Notes: a model not told the origin generated them from the sequence alone. Shown: positions 8,303-16,451, numbered from the stretch's first letter. The stretch: 20,000 nt of DNA from an uncultured virus (IMG/VR IMGVR_UViG_3300023371_000103) (IMGVR_UViG_3300023371_000103); one strand, 5' to 3'. Numbers and translations: made by a program.

Positions 8303-8866
8303 ATGTGCCGGATCAAAAACTGCGGATGCGGCGGGTCGGTTTATTATGAATGTTCCGGTTACGACCCGGTTCATTGGGAGAAAGACATTCTTCGAGGCGA
8401 CGCGGATTTTGGCTGTCCTGATCCGACGTTTCGGCTGAGGTGCACGGCATGCGGACGCGAAGTCTGCGGAAGGCACTATAGTCCGACGGTCCATGAATGG
8501 AATACGGGCGAGTCCGACCTCGAAGGCTATTATCGGCTGCGCCGGGAGTGTATCAGGAAAGCTGGAGACAGTGCCGTTACGTGTCTGCTTCCTGTGGTCC
8601 ATTCGATACAGGACCGTCTCTATGCGTTTTTTGATGCAGAGACGGAGATCGAAAAGTACGTTGCGTGGCGGGTCGCAGAAGTCGAGGCTATCTGTCTGAT
8701 CCTGCCTTATATCGGATCCGACTCGGTCATCGATGTGGTTCGAAGAGCCATGTCGGATTATATTCAGGGTCCAAAATTCGATGCGGTCGCGGATAATGTT
8801 TTCGTAAAGAACTTTCTGGGAGATCTTCTGGAAGAAAAATACTGGTACGACCTGGAAAAGGCGTGA
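8303..8866 (+). CDS. Protein with N-terminal Lar-like zinc ribbon
   Basis: 'IKNCGCGG...LRCTACG...VHEWN' fits the CxxC...CxxCG...WN pattern of Lar restriction-alleviation-like domains; RBS GGGGAG. Confidence 0.55.
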   Translation: MCRIKNCGCGGSVYYECSGYDPVHWEKDILRGDADFGCPDPTFRLRCTACGREVCGRHYSPTVHEWNTGESDLEGYYRLRRECIRKAGDSAVTCLLPVVHSIQDRLYAFFDAETEIEKYVAWRVAEVEAICLILPYIGSDSVIDVVRRAMSDYIQGPKFDAVADNVFVKNFLGDLLEEKYWYDLEKA

Positions 8867-8867
8867 C

Positions 8868-8941
8868 TTTATTAAAAGTTTTGAGTCTTTCCTTTAATAA
8901 GGAAATTCTTATTAAACGTTTTGAGCGTTTCCTTTAATAAG
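8868..8941. repeat. Tandem 34-bp repeat (40-bp period), each unit with inverted ends
   Basis: TTTATTAAAAGTTTTGAGTCTTTCCTTTAATAAG (8868-8901) and CTTATTAAACGTTTTGAGCGTTTCCTTTAATAAG (8908-8941), 30/34 identical. Confidence 0.9.
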
Positions 8942-8942
8942 A

Positions 8943-8981
8943 AGACTTTTCGAGCCGGAGCGGTTCGGGAGGTCTGCTTTT
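8943..8981 (+). terminator. Long G.U-rich hairpin with short T-run
   Basis: AGACTTTTCGAGCCG-GAG-CGGTTCGGGAGGTCT pairs fully if G.U is allowed; followed by GCTTTT and RBS GGAG. Confidence 0.7.
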
Positions 8982-8993
8982 GTGGAGAAAGAA

Positions 8994-9962
8994 ATGGAAA
9001 AGAAATACTATTTTCTGAAAGATTCGGAAATTGGACTTAGATGTCTTCCGGCAGAAATGGCGGAAAAGGACATGCAGGAGATCTTCGGCTATCGGTTTCT
9101 TCTGCCGCGTGACCTGCGGGCTGAGGCGGAACGCCTGCAGGCTTTCAGTACCGCGGAAGGAGACTTGACTGCATTCTGTCCGGAGAACGCGGCGTACCGC
9201 CGCGTGACGGAAGAATATTCTCTTGAACTGAAACGTAACTACTTTGCATTTTTCGGCGGAAACGGGCGTGGTGACATCTGGTACTATTACGGGTGGCTTT
9301 GCACGCCGACGGAGTTCGCGGTCGCGTACCGGGAGATCTGGGATCGTTACCCGGCTCCGGAAGATTTTCTGGAAGACACCCGCGGAGCGGCAGATGAGGC
9401 TGCTGTGAGTCTGGATACGCTGCGGAACTCCGACACGCTGACGGAGCCGGATCTTTGCCAGCGGCTGACCGGGGGCGTTTTATATCTGCCGGAGGGGTTC
9501 AGGCGCGTGGGTCCCGGATTGCTTCAGGGAGATTTCTCGGTTGATGTACTTATCATTCCGGAAGGGTATGAAAGTATCGAGATGTCGGCATTTCGGAGGT
9601 GCGGCAATTTGCGTACGGTGATGTTTCCGTACTCGCTGCGGCATATTCGGGAACATGCGTTTGACGGATGCCGCCAGCTGCACTCGGTCCTTTCCTGGGG
9701 CGGTATTGAAACCATCGGAGAGGAAGCGTTCTATGGAAATGACTTCTGGTCCATTGAACTCCCGAACTCGGTACGGAGTATCGGGAAGCAGGCGTTTTAC
9801 TCTTCCCACTTCGCGTACGTGCATCTCGGCGAGGGAGTGGAAGTGGAAGAGGATTCGTTTCATAGCGATACCCTGTGTTATGCGCCGATGGATTCGGATA
9901 CGATGCGGCGGCTTTTGATCGCGGGGTGTAGAGTCAGGAGCTCAGGAGAAAATAAGAAATGA
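8994..9962 (+). CDS. BspA-type LRR protein 2 with an unrelated ~150-aa N-terminal domain
   Basis: C-terminal half has 'IIPEGYESIEMSAFRRCGNLRTVMFPYSLRHIREHAFDGC' and 'IELPNSVRSIGKQAF'. The N-terminal half is non-repetitive and aromatic-rich. Confidence 0.85.
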   Translation: MEKKYYFLKDSEIGLRCLPAEMAEKDMQEIFGYRFLLPRDLRAEAERLQAFSTAEGDLTAFCPENAAYRRVTEEYSLELKRNYFAFFGGNGRGDIWYYYGWLCTPTEFAVAYREIWDRYPAPEDFLEDTRGAADEAAVSLDTLRNSDTLTEPDLCQRLTGGVLYLPEGFRRVGPGLLQGDFSVDVLIIPEGYESIEMSAFRRCGNLRTVMFPYSLRHIREHAFDGCRQLHSVLSWGGIETIGEEAFYGNDFWSIELPNSVRSIGKQAFYSSHFAYVHLGEGVEVEEDSFHSDTLCYAPMDSDTMRRLLIAGCRVRSSGENKK

Positions 9963-10615
9963 AACAGCATTTGGTATTAAAAGACAGTGTTCTGAATGTT
10001 TACTGTGATACGATCCGGGACAAACAGTTTGCAGGATGGCGCGACATCCAGGAGATCGTGTTTCACTCGGAAGTGAAACGCATTGGAGAATCGGCGTTTG
10101 CGGGCTGTACCTGCCCAAGGGTTCATTTCAAGGAGGGGGTCGAATTTATTGAGGAGTGTGCCTTTTACGGTTCGACTCTGGAGGAGCTTTGTTTCGACAG
10201 GACCGTTTATTCGATCGGAGCGTTTGCCTTTGAAAATACGAATGTTGAAAAAGTGACTTTCGGAGGAGGTGTAGGTGCCCTAGGGAAGGGTGCGTTCAAG
10301 GGAAACTACTGGCTGGAGAAGTTCCATAATCCAGGTCCGCTGCTCAGGCTCGGAGACGGTGTTTTTCAGGATTGCGAAAAGCTGGAGGATGTTTCTCTTG
10401 GAAGCAGTATGGCTGCCCGGATGGGGGAGCGTATGTTCCAGAACTGTTCTCGGCTGCGGGATGTGATCCTGCCTCCGCGTTTGGAAAGTATTCCGTTGAA
10501 CACCTTTGACGGCTGTTTCAGTCTGGAAGAGGTGACGATGCCGAATGTTCTGACACGGGATGAACGGGAGCAGCTGTTTAAGGACAGTTACTCGTATCCT
10601 GTTATTAATAAATAA
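9959..10615 (+). CDS. BspA-type LRR protein 3
   Basis: 'VKRIGESAFAGC', 'VYSIGAFAF', 'LRDVILPPRLESIPLNTFDGCFSL'; ATGA overlap with the upstream gene. Confidence 0.9.
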   Translation: MKQHLVLKDSVLNVYCDTIRDKQFAGWRDIQEIVFHSEVKRIGESAFAGCTCPRVHFKEGVEFIEECAFYGSTLEELCFDRTVYSIGAFAFENTNVEKVTFGGGVGALGKGAFKGNYWLEKFHNPGPLLRLGDGVFQDCEKLEDVSLGSSMAARMGERMFQNCSRLRDVILPPRLESIPLNTFDGCFSLEEVTMPNVLTRDEREQLFKDSYSYPVINK

Positions 10616-10626
10616 TCGTGATTTCC

Positions 10627-10659
10627 GGAGGGGTCGAAAGGCTCCGCCTGTTTTGTTTT
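10627..10659 (+). terminator. Terminator-like hairpin, type A copy 1
   Basis: GGAGGGGTC-GAAA-GGCTCCGCC then TGTTTTGTTTT; 29/32 identical to 11704-11735. Confidence 0.7.
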
Positions 10660-10672
10660 GAGGAGGAAAAGT

Positions 10673-11686
10673 ATGTCAAAACTGTATCTGGATAAAAAGG
10701 TTATTTGTGAAAAGGACATTATAGACAAAGACGTTGAGGTGGTCGAACTTGGCTACGATGTCAAAAAGATCGAGGATGATGCCTTTCGGGAGCTGGGATC
10801 TCTTCGGGAAGTTACCTGTTACAGCAAGTGGGTAACACTGGGGAAGAGAGCGTTTGAGAACTGCACTTCTCTTGAGAAAGTGAAACTGCACACAGAATGT
10901 ATTCCGCCGGCATGTTTCAGGCATTGCGGCTCACTGCGGGAGTTCGACTTCACAGGAGTGAGACATATTCTGGTTGATGCTTTCGTGTGTTGTTTTTCTC
11001 TCGAAAAAGTAGACCGTCCAGAAGTGGAAGCGATCGAGTCTTTTGCATTTGACGGCTGTACGGGCCTCAAGGAGTTTGAAAGTGCGTTCCCTGAAGCATA
11101 CATTTCACCTTGTGCCTTCGACGACCACGTTAAAGTGTATCGTGCTGAGGAGAATGCAGGTGTCCGCCTGCTGCGGGACGGCGAGGTCCTTTGTTCGGGA
11201 CACCGCTGTACAGTAGACGCGTATGTCGTTCCGGACACTGTGAAGACGATCCAGCGGGCGGCATTCAAAGGCGCGACGATCGCATCTTTGACGGTTTCTG
11301 TGGAAGAGATACCAAGCAGCATGTGTGAGGAGTGCATTTGGCTCTCCTCTCTGGATCTGCAGGAGGGTGTGCGGCATATCCGGGACTATGCCTTTGCTGG
11401 CTGCCAGCGGCTGCATAGGCTGGTACTTCCAGAGGGGCTGGAGTCTATCGGGCCGTATGCTTTTTCCGGTTCGGGAGTTGAGACCGTGCAGTGGCCCTCG
11501 ACGCTAAGGGTCATCGAAGAAGCGGCTTTCTTAGACATAAAACTGAAAGAGACGTCACTTCCGGATTCGGTAGTGTACATCGGCGACGCGGCATTCGATG
11601 GACTTCGGCGTGTCAGCGTGAGTAAAAACACGTACTGTCATCCGAATGCGTTTCCGGAGAACTGTATCGTAGAGTATCGTGATTAA
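10673..11686 (+). CDS. BspA-type LRR protein 4
   Basis: RBS AGGAGG; 337 aa in two LRR blocks, e.g. 'LVLPEGLESIGPYAFSGS', 'LPDSVVYIGDAAF'. Confidence 0.9.
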   Translation: MSKLYLDKKVICEKDIIDKDVEVVELGYDVKKIEDDAFRELGSLREVTCYSKWVTLGKRAFENCTSLEKVKLHTECIPPACFRHCGSLREFDFTGVRHILVDAFVCCFSLEKVDRPEVEAIESFAFDGCTGLKEFESAFPEAYISPCAFDDHVKVYRAEENAGVRLLRDGEVLCSGHRCTVDAYVVPDTVKTIQRAAFKGATIASLTVSVEEIPSSMCEECIWLSSLDLQEGVRHIRDYAFAGCQRLHRLVLPEGLESIGPYAFSGSGVETVQWPSTLRVIEEAAFLDIKLKETSLPDSVVYIGDAAFDGLRRVSVSKNTYCHPNAFPENCIVEYRD

Positions 11687-11703
11687 ACAGAATTAAGTTG
11701 TTG

Positions 11704-11735
11704 GGCGGGGTCGAGAGGCTCCGCCGGTTTTGTTT
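11704..11735 (+). terminator. Terminator hairpin, type A copy 2
   Basis: GGCGGGGTC-GAGA-GGCTCCGCC then GGTTTTGTTT. Confidence 0.8.
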
Positions 11736-11749
11736 ATAAGGAGAAAGAG

Positions 11750-12355
11750 ATGGCTTTTACGGCAGTACTGGAAAAGTATACCAAACGTGCACTGATGTTA
11801 GCGGCAGGAGAACACAGGTTTCTGTTTTACGATGATAACGGTGATCACGAGTTGCGGGATCTTCCGGAGGGGAAGACAGCTTGGGATTGCGCGAAAGAGA
11901 TCTGTGGAGAGCGCTGGGAAGAAGAAAAGCAGTTCTGGGACGGATACAGGCCTGACCTGTGCCGAATGAATGACGGTGCAGGAGGCATGTGTACGGTCCG
12001 GTGCGCAACGCTGACGGAATTGAAGAAGCTGCGTGTGAGCATCGACAGCTTTCGCGACTCCGAGGACTGGACGAAAGCTGCGTGGGAAGGACTTCAGAAG
12101 GAGCAGTACACATGCGACGGCTTTCGCGTCTGGCGGTTCTTTCGCAATTTCGGTACGGGATGGCGTCCGTGGTTCATTTTGAGTACGCTCCTTGGGGATG
12201 AGCCGGAGATAATGGAAGATTTTATCAAATCGGAACTTTACAGGGTCCTTCCTTTTGATGAGTATGCTCGTCACACCAGTTCCTGCGATACGGAATGGGC
12301 TGTTGTTTACAATGACACGTTCAGTGACAGAAGAATTGAGGAGGATCCGGAATGA
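11750..12355 (+). CDS. Hypothetical protein
   Basis: RBS AAGGAG; 201 aa; ATGA coupling downstream. Confidence 0.75.
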   Translation: MAFTAVLEKYTKRALMLAAGEHRFLFYDDNGDHELRDLPEGKTAWDCAKEICGERWEEEKQFWDGYRPDLCRMNDGAGGMCTVRCATLTELKKLRVSIDSFRDSEDWTKAAWEGLQKEQYTCDGFRVWRFFRNFGTGWRPWFILSTLLGDEPEIMEDFIKSELYRVLPFDEYARHTSSCDTEWAVVYNDTFSDRRIEEDPE

Positions 12356-12864
12356 TCATTATCGAAAGACCATCACTTCATATTGAAGTGGAAAAGACGG
12401 ACCGTCCGGAACTGCATAGGGAGTACCGGCTGTGTACGTTCCTCTCGGATCGGGAGGATCTGCCGTCGGATACGCTGGATCCGGAAGCGGAAGTGATCTT
12501 CCGGACGCCTGTCTATCTGTTTGAGGTGGACGGGGAAAAGGTGTTGAGCGTCTTTGAGGATGCCTGCGCTGCAGAAAGTACGTTCTGCGGAGAAGCGTGT
12601 GTTACGAAGGAGACGCTTAAAAAGCGCGGATATGACAACGATAACGCGCTGTGCTATATCCGCGGACTGCTGGAAGCGGATCTGGCGTTCTTCACACACG
12701 GTCTGAATGACAGACTGTATCGTGTGGGTGTCACGGTAAACGGTGAGGATTACATGCGGGATGCTGTGTTTCACCAGAACCACATTGAGACGGTCTTGAA
12801 TGTGGTTTGTATCAAGCATGGTGAAAACCCGTTGTCTCTTGAAGAAAGGAATAAGTTGCGATGA
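12352..12864 (+). CDS. Diverged paralogue of 6673..7239
   Basis: PVYLFEVDG/PVYLYVHSG; CGEACVTKE/WGVIRATKE; LEADLAFFTHGLNDRLYRV/LEGEIDILDTYIRGEVYRV. Confidence 0.65.
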   Translation: MIIIERPSLHIEVEKTDRPELHREYRLCTFLSDREDLPSDTLDPEAEVIFRTPVYLFEVDGEKVLSVFEDACAAESTFCGEACVTKETLKKRGYDNDNALCYIRGLLEADLAFFTHGLNDRLYRVGVTVNGEDYMRDAVFHQNHIETVLNVVCIKHGENPLSLEERNKLR

Positions 12865-13400
12865 GTTACGCGGACCAGAAATTGATGTACGTTGTGGACG
12901 GGGAAAGCCACTGGGTGAACGCGTGGCGAGAATCGGATGATGAGCTGACCTCTGAAGAGCTCTATCAGGAGGTGTATCCTGATGGAGACGGTCCCCGGAA
13001 TCTTCCCGGCTTCCGGTTCACAGACTACGGCTGGTACGTGATCGGCAAGCCGTGTTACAGGGCGTATGTCTGTACGTTTCGGGAGCTGGCGGAGCAGCTC
13101 CTTCGGGAAGGCCGAAGTGCTGAGGACATCCTGAAGGATGACTTCCAGGGGCCGCTTCACTGGGACAAGGCTATGTGGGAGATCCTCAAGGAGAAGGGTT
13201 TGATACCGAAGAGAAGGTTCCGGGTGAAAGTCAATTGGAAGATCGTGCAGTACAAAGAGGAGGAATACGATGTCGAGGCGTATACCCGGGAAGAAGCCGA
13301 AAGGCTGGCGTATGATCTCTGGGATAACACAGAGGAAGAGCCGCAGGACGGTCGGCTGATGGATTATGACGTAACTCAGATATATGAGGTGGAGCCATGA
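12861..13400 (+). CDS. Hypothetical protein: N-terminal domain X plus C-terminal DpnD/PcfM-like module
   Basis: C-terminal 'RFRVKVNW...YDVEAYTREEAERLA'; the N-terminus resembles the C-terminus of the next gene. Confidence 0.7.
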   Translation: MSYADQKLMYVVDGESHWVNAWRESDDELTSEELYQEVYPDGDGPRNLPGFRFTDYGWYVIGKPCYRAYVCTFRELAEQLLREGRSAEDILKDDFQGPLHWDKAMWEILKEKGLIPKRRFRVKVNWKIVQYKEEEYDVEAYTREEAERLAYDLWDNTEEEPQDGRLMDYDVTQIYEVEP

Positions 13401-13963
13401 AAAAATTTGAAGTTGAGATCCGCTGGACAAGATGTGAACAAATGCAGCGTACCTACGAGGTCGCGGCGGAGACAGAAGAAGAGGCGATCCGCAAGGCATG
13501 GGAAGAGTGGGACTACGATGTCGTCGGAGACAGTACACGGGATGAAGATGTGTATTCCTGCGACCTGGTAGAAGAATATGAGGAGGAAGAGGATGAGGAC
13601 AGGATGAGGACTAAGAGAGTTTTCGTACATGAACGTTCCAGTACCGGTTTCTGGCTGTCTCCCTGGACGGAGGAAGACATGAAGAAGACCGGACGGCAGC
13701 TCTATGAGGAACATTGCGAGCCTGTCGACGTCTCCGAAGAGTGCGGAGCGGAGCTAACGTTTGACAGGCACGGCTGGCTCGCGCAGTATCCGGACGGTGA
13801 GTATGACGCTGGTGTGGTCATGCGACTGGATTGTATATTCGAGGAGTTGTTCAAGTATGTGGATACACTCGAGGAGCTGCTTACTTGTCCTATGAATCCC
13901 AGCGACATCCCGGAATGGGAAGCTGCTATGCGGGAGCTGTGGGAAGAAAAACAAAGAGCTTGA
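13397..13963 (+). CDS. Acidic hypothetical protein: N-terminal DpnD/PcfM-like module plus domain X
   Basis: 'MKKFEVEIRW...YEVAAETEEEAIRKA'; ATGA overlap; RBS GAGGTGGAG. Confidence 0.7.
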   Translation: MKKFEVEIRWTRCEQMQRTYEVAAETEEEAIRKAWEEWDYDVVGDSTRDEDVYSCDLVEEYEEEEDEDRMRTKRVFVHERSSTGFWLSPWTEEDMKKTGRQLYEEHCEPVDVSEECGAELTFDRHGWLAQYPDGEYDAGVVMRLDCIFEELFKYVDTLEELLTCPMNPSDIPEWEAAMRELWEEKQRA

Positions 13964-13974
13964 GAATTGTAGAA

Positions 13975-14010
13975 GAGTGAGGCAGGACGGAAGGTCCTGC
14001 TTCGCTTTTT
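13975..14010 (+). terminator. Intrinsic terminator hairpin
   Basis: GAGTGAGGCAGGAC-GGAAG-GTCCTGCTTCGCTT followed by TTT. Confidence 0.85.
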
Positions 14011-14040
14011 ATTCAAACATTTTTAGAGAAGGAGTTTATC

Positions 14041-14808
14041 ATGGGAAACCGTGCTTTGGTTACTTTCAGGAATGCCCGTGCGTCGGTGTATCTTCATTGG
14101 AACGGAGGACCGGAGTCAATATGTAATTTCGTGGAGGCGATGAAGCGGCAGGGTGCTTTCGGATCGGATGTGCCGCCGTCCGCGTTTCCTGCCCGCCTGT
14201 GTCAGGTGGTTGGAAATTTTCTCAGAGGATCACTCAGCCTGGGTGTTCAGTACGGTGTGAGCGATCCCGGTGACAATGGGATCTATGAATTGGATATTTA
14301 TGGAGACCTTGCGGCACATTATGCGTTTCGATATGGAGACGACGCCCGTTACGAGATCTTAGACCGAAATTACGAAGTCGATCCGGAATGGCAATCCGAG
14401 CTGGCATTCCACCGGGAGCAGCTTGAGACGCCGCGGGAAGAGAGACTTACGGAAGAAGCGAAGCCGATGTATGTCTGGCTCGGCCCGGATACCGCGCTGT
14501 TTGAAGTATGGACGGCAAAACCGGTCCCGGCGGAAAGCATTGCGGAGATCTGCAAGAGAGTCCGTTATCGGGATTGCGGCGACACGATGTACAGCTCGGC
14601 GCGGATGGCGCAGCTGCTGTGCAATTTGTACGCGGACCCCAAAGCGGTTAGGATCCTTGACATCGAGGTCCCGCATGAAGAGCATTATGCTGCTATGGTC
14701 CGGTTCGGTAAGGACTGGGCTATCGAGGAGGCGTCCGCCGAGATCGGTGAGGAGCTTTCGGAAGAGAGTATTGTGGGTTGGATCCGCTACTTGAAGGAGC
14801 AGCGATGA
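14041..14808 (+). CDS. Conserved phage hypothetical protein (MGNRA...YLHWNGG family) with a degenerate second copy
   Basis: 'MGNRALVT...VYLHWNGGPES...ARLCQVVGNF...GDNGIY'; RBS AAGGAG. Confidence 0.75.
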   Translation: MGNRALVTFRNARASVYLHWNGGPESICNFVEAMKRQGAFGSDVPPSAFPARLCQVVGNFLRGSLSLGVQYGVSDPGDNGIYELDIYGDLAAHYAFRYGDDARYEILDRNYEVDPEWQSELAFHREQLETPREERLTEEAKPMYVWLGPDTALFEVWTAKPVPAESIAEICKRVRYRDCGDTMYSSARMAQLLCNLYADPKAVRILDIEVPHEEHYAAMVRFGKDWAIEEASAEIGEELSEESIVGWIRYLKEQR

Positions 14809-14877
14809 AATAGAGACAGGGGCCGCGATCGCGGTGTGGTTTGAGTATTTGAGAGAGAGCTGAAAGGAGAATAACGA

Positions 14878-15258
14878 ATGAAAACCAGAAGCGTTCTTGA
14901 CGCGCTGATCGAGTTTTCGAATCTGGAGAAAGGGGAATGCCCGGATAAGCTGAGAGCTACTTTTCGAGACGGTGAAAGGGAATACTACGTGACTTTCTGT
15001 AACGAGCGGCTGATGTTTGAATGCTACGGCTGGGAAGGCATGTTATTGTGTGCCTTTGTGTCCGCGCATTTTCCGGAACATTGGACATTTGCCGGCTGGA
15101 GATTCGCGTTTGATTCTTTCGCGGATCTAACGGATCGGGTCTTGCTAGGCGCACGGGCACAGGATCTTACAGACGCGTTTAAGTTAAAAACGGAAGAGCT
15201 TGAGGCTCGGCTGAATAAAATTACAGACATTATTAAGAAGCACGAACAAAAGGAGTGA
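14878..15258 (+). CDS. Hypothetical protein
   Basis: RBS AAAGGAG; 126 aa with a coiled-coil-like C-terminus. Confidence 0.75.
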   Translation: MKTRSVLDALIEFSNLEKGECPDKLRATFRDGEREYYVTFCNERLMFECYGWEGMLLCAFVSAHFPEHWTFAGWRFAFDSFADLTDRVLLGARAQDLTDAFKLKTEELEARLNKITDIIKKHEQKE

Positions 15259-15261
15259 GTG

Positions 15262-15471
15262 ATGGCTGGGTCTTATAAATGCCCGCTTTGCGAGGCATGG
15301 ATACTTGTTCGGACGGACGGTATTGGAAGAACGAAGTATCGCGTTAGCTGCAAGTGTGAAGATGTGTCTTACTGCGGAGAAACCGTCGAAGAGGCGGTTA
15401 CCAAATGGCGAGAATGCGGCAGGCTAGTGTGTAAGATATGGAGAAAGGAATACAGAGAGGAAAGCAGATGA
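15262..15471 (+). CDS. Small Lar-like zinc-ribbon protein
   Basis: 'CPLC...YRVSCKC...GETVEEAVTKW'; RBS AAGGAG 6 nt before ATG. Confidence 0.6.
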   Translation: MAGSYKCPLCEAWILVRTDGIGRTKYRVSCKCEDVSYCGETVEEAVTKWRECGRLVCKIWRKEYREESR

Positions 15472-15668
15472 GATACTTTGTTGAAGTCGTGGAAACCAGA
15501 GCGAAGATCGTAGGGATCAGCGCGGAGACGTTGGCTCAGGCACAGGAGATCGCCAGAGGGAAAATGGAGACGATCCGGAATGGGTTGTCTGCCGAAGACT
15601 GGCTCAGCACCGAACTGCGCGTCCTGGACGAGGAGTACAGCCCGTTGAGTGCAGAGGAGTATAACTGA
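15468..15668 (+). CDS. DpnD/PcfM-like small protein
   Basis: 'MRYFVEVVETRAKIVGISAETLAQAQEIA'; ATGA overlap; 66 aa. Confidence 0.65.
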   Translation: MRYFVEVVETRAKIVGISAETLAQAQEIARGKMETIRNGLSAEDWLSTELRVLDEEYSPLSAEEYN

Positions 15669-16120
15669 TGAGAGACAAATTCCTGTTCAGACTCGTGTTT
15701 TACGGGGATAATCTTGTCGGCGGGATGTGGGAGACCTATATTTTTACTCGCATCAGGGACGCAGGACGTCTGGTACGAAAGGACGGCGACAGGATCGAGG
15801 GACCGGCGGCACCGCCGGATTCGGCATACCGCGGTCCAAAAGACCGTGTCTCGATGTCTGCGACGCGGGAGGAGGCACCGCCGCTTCCACCATGGCGTGT
15901 GACGCTGCAGATCACGGAGATCCGGCTGGATGACAAAGAGCCGGTGTATAACGGTCAGCAGGAGTTCGTGATCTTCGCGCTGGATGACGCGGACGATCAG
16001 CTTGCCGCTGCGATCGCACGTTGGAAGGGCTTCGGGGGCACGCTGCCGGACAGCGCGTCCTACTCGCTGGGGAAAGTGGTTCCTCTGCATTGGACAAAGG
16101 AAGGAGTACTGACCGAATGA
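15668..16120 (+). CDS. Hypothetical protein
   Basis: TGATG coupling, RBS GAGGAG; 150 aa. Confidence 0.7.
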   Translation: MRDKFLFRLVFYGDNLVGGMWETYIFTRIRDAGRLVRKDGDRIEGPAAPPDSAYRGPKDRVSMSATREEAPPLPPWRVTLQITEIRLDDKEPVYNGQQEFVIFALDDADDQLAAAIARWKGFGGTLPDSASYSLGKVVPLHWTKEGVLTE

Positions 16121-16443
16121 GTTCAAACTATGAGATCTATTGTCATTTTCGAATGATGGATCCGGCGCTCTCCAGAGACATTGACTGGTATTGCAGTCAA
16201 TACGAACCGCCGACCCCGGAATGGGAGATCTGCGTGGGGCTGACGCCTCTCGATCTGACGTGGTACACGATCGAGTCGGACAGCATGGATGATGCTGTTG
16301 ATGAAGCGGCATCGCTCTGGGTGCACACAAATGGCGAGCCACTCGGTCCGGATGAGGACCTGATCTGGCAGGCATACCTGGATGGTGAGTTGATCGACGA
16401 AGAGATGCTCGGCGTTTATCCGGAAAAGGTGAACCGGCTGTAA
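16117..16443 (+). CDS. Highly acidic hypothetical protein
   Basis: ATGA overlap, RBS AAGGAG; 108 aa, D/E-rich. Confidence 0.7.
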   Translation: MSSNYEIYCHFRMMDPALSRDIDWYCSQYEPPTPEWEICVGLTPLDLTWYTIESDSMDDAVDEAASLWVHTNGEPLGPDEDLIWQAYLDGELIDEEMLGVYPEKVNRL

Positions 16444-16451
16444 TAGAATCT

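Noticed and set aside
8868..8941. Mini-CRISPR or chromosomal dif site
   Set aside because: Only two units separated by 6 nt, and the arms do not match the XerC/XerD consensus I know.
14823..14834. Palindrome CCGCGATCGCGG as terminator or operator
   Set aside because: Short stem, no proper T-run and no second copy seen.
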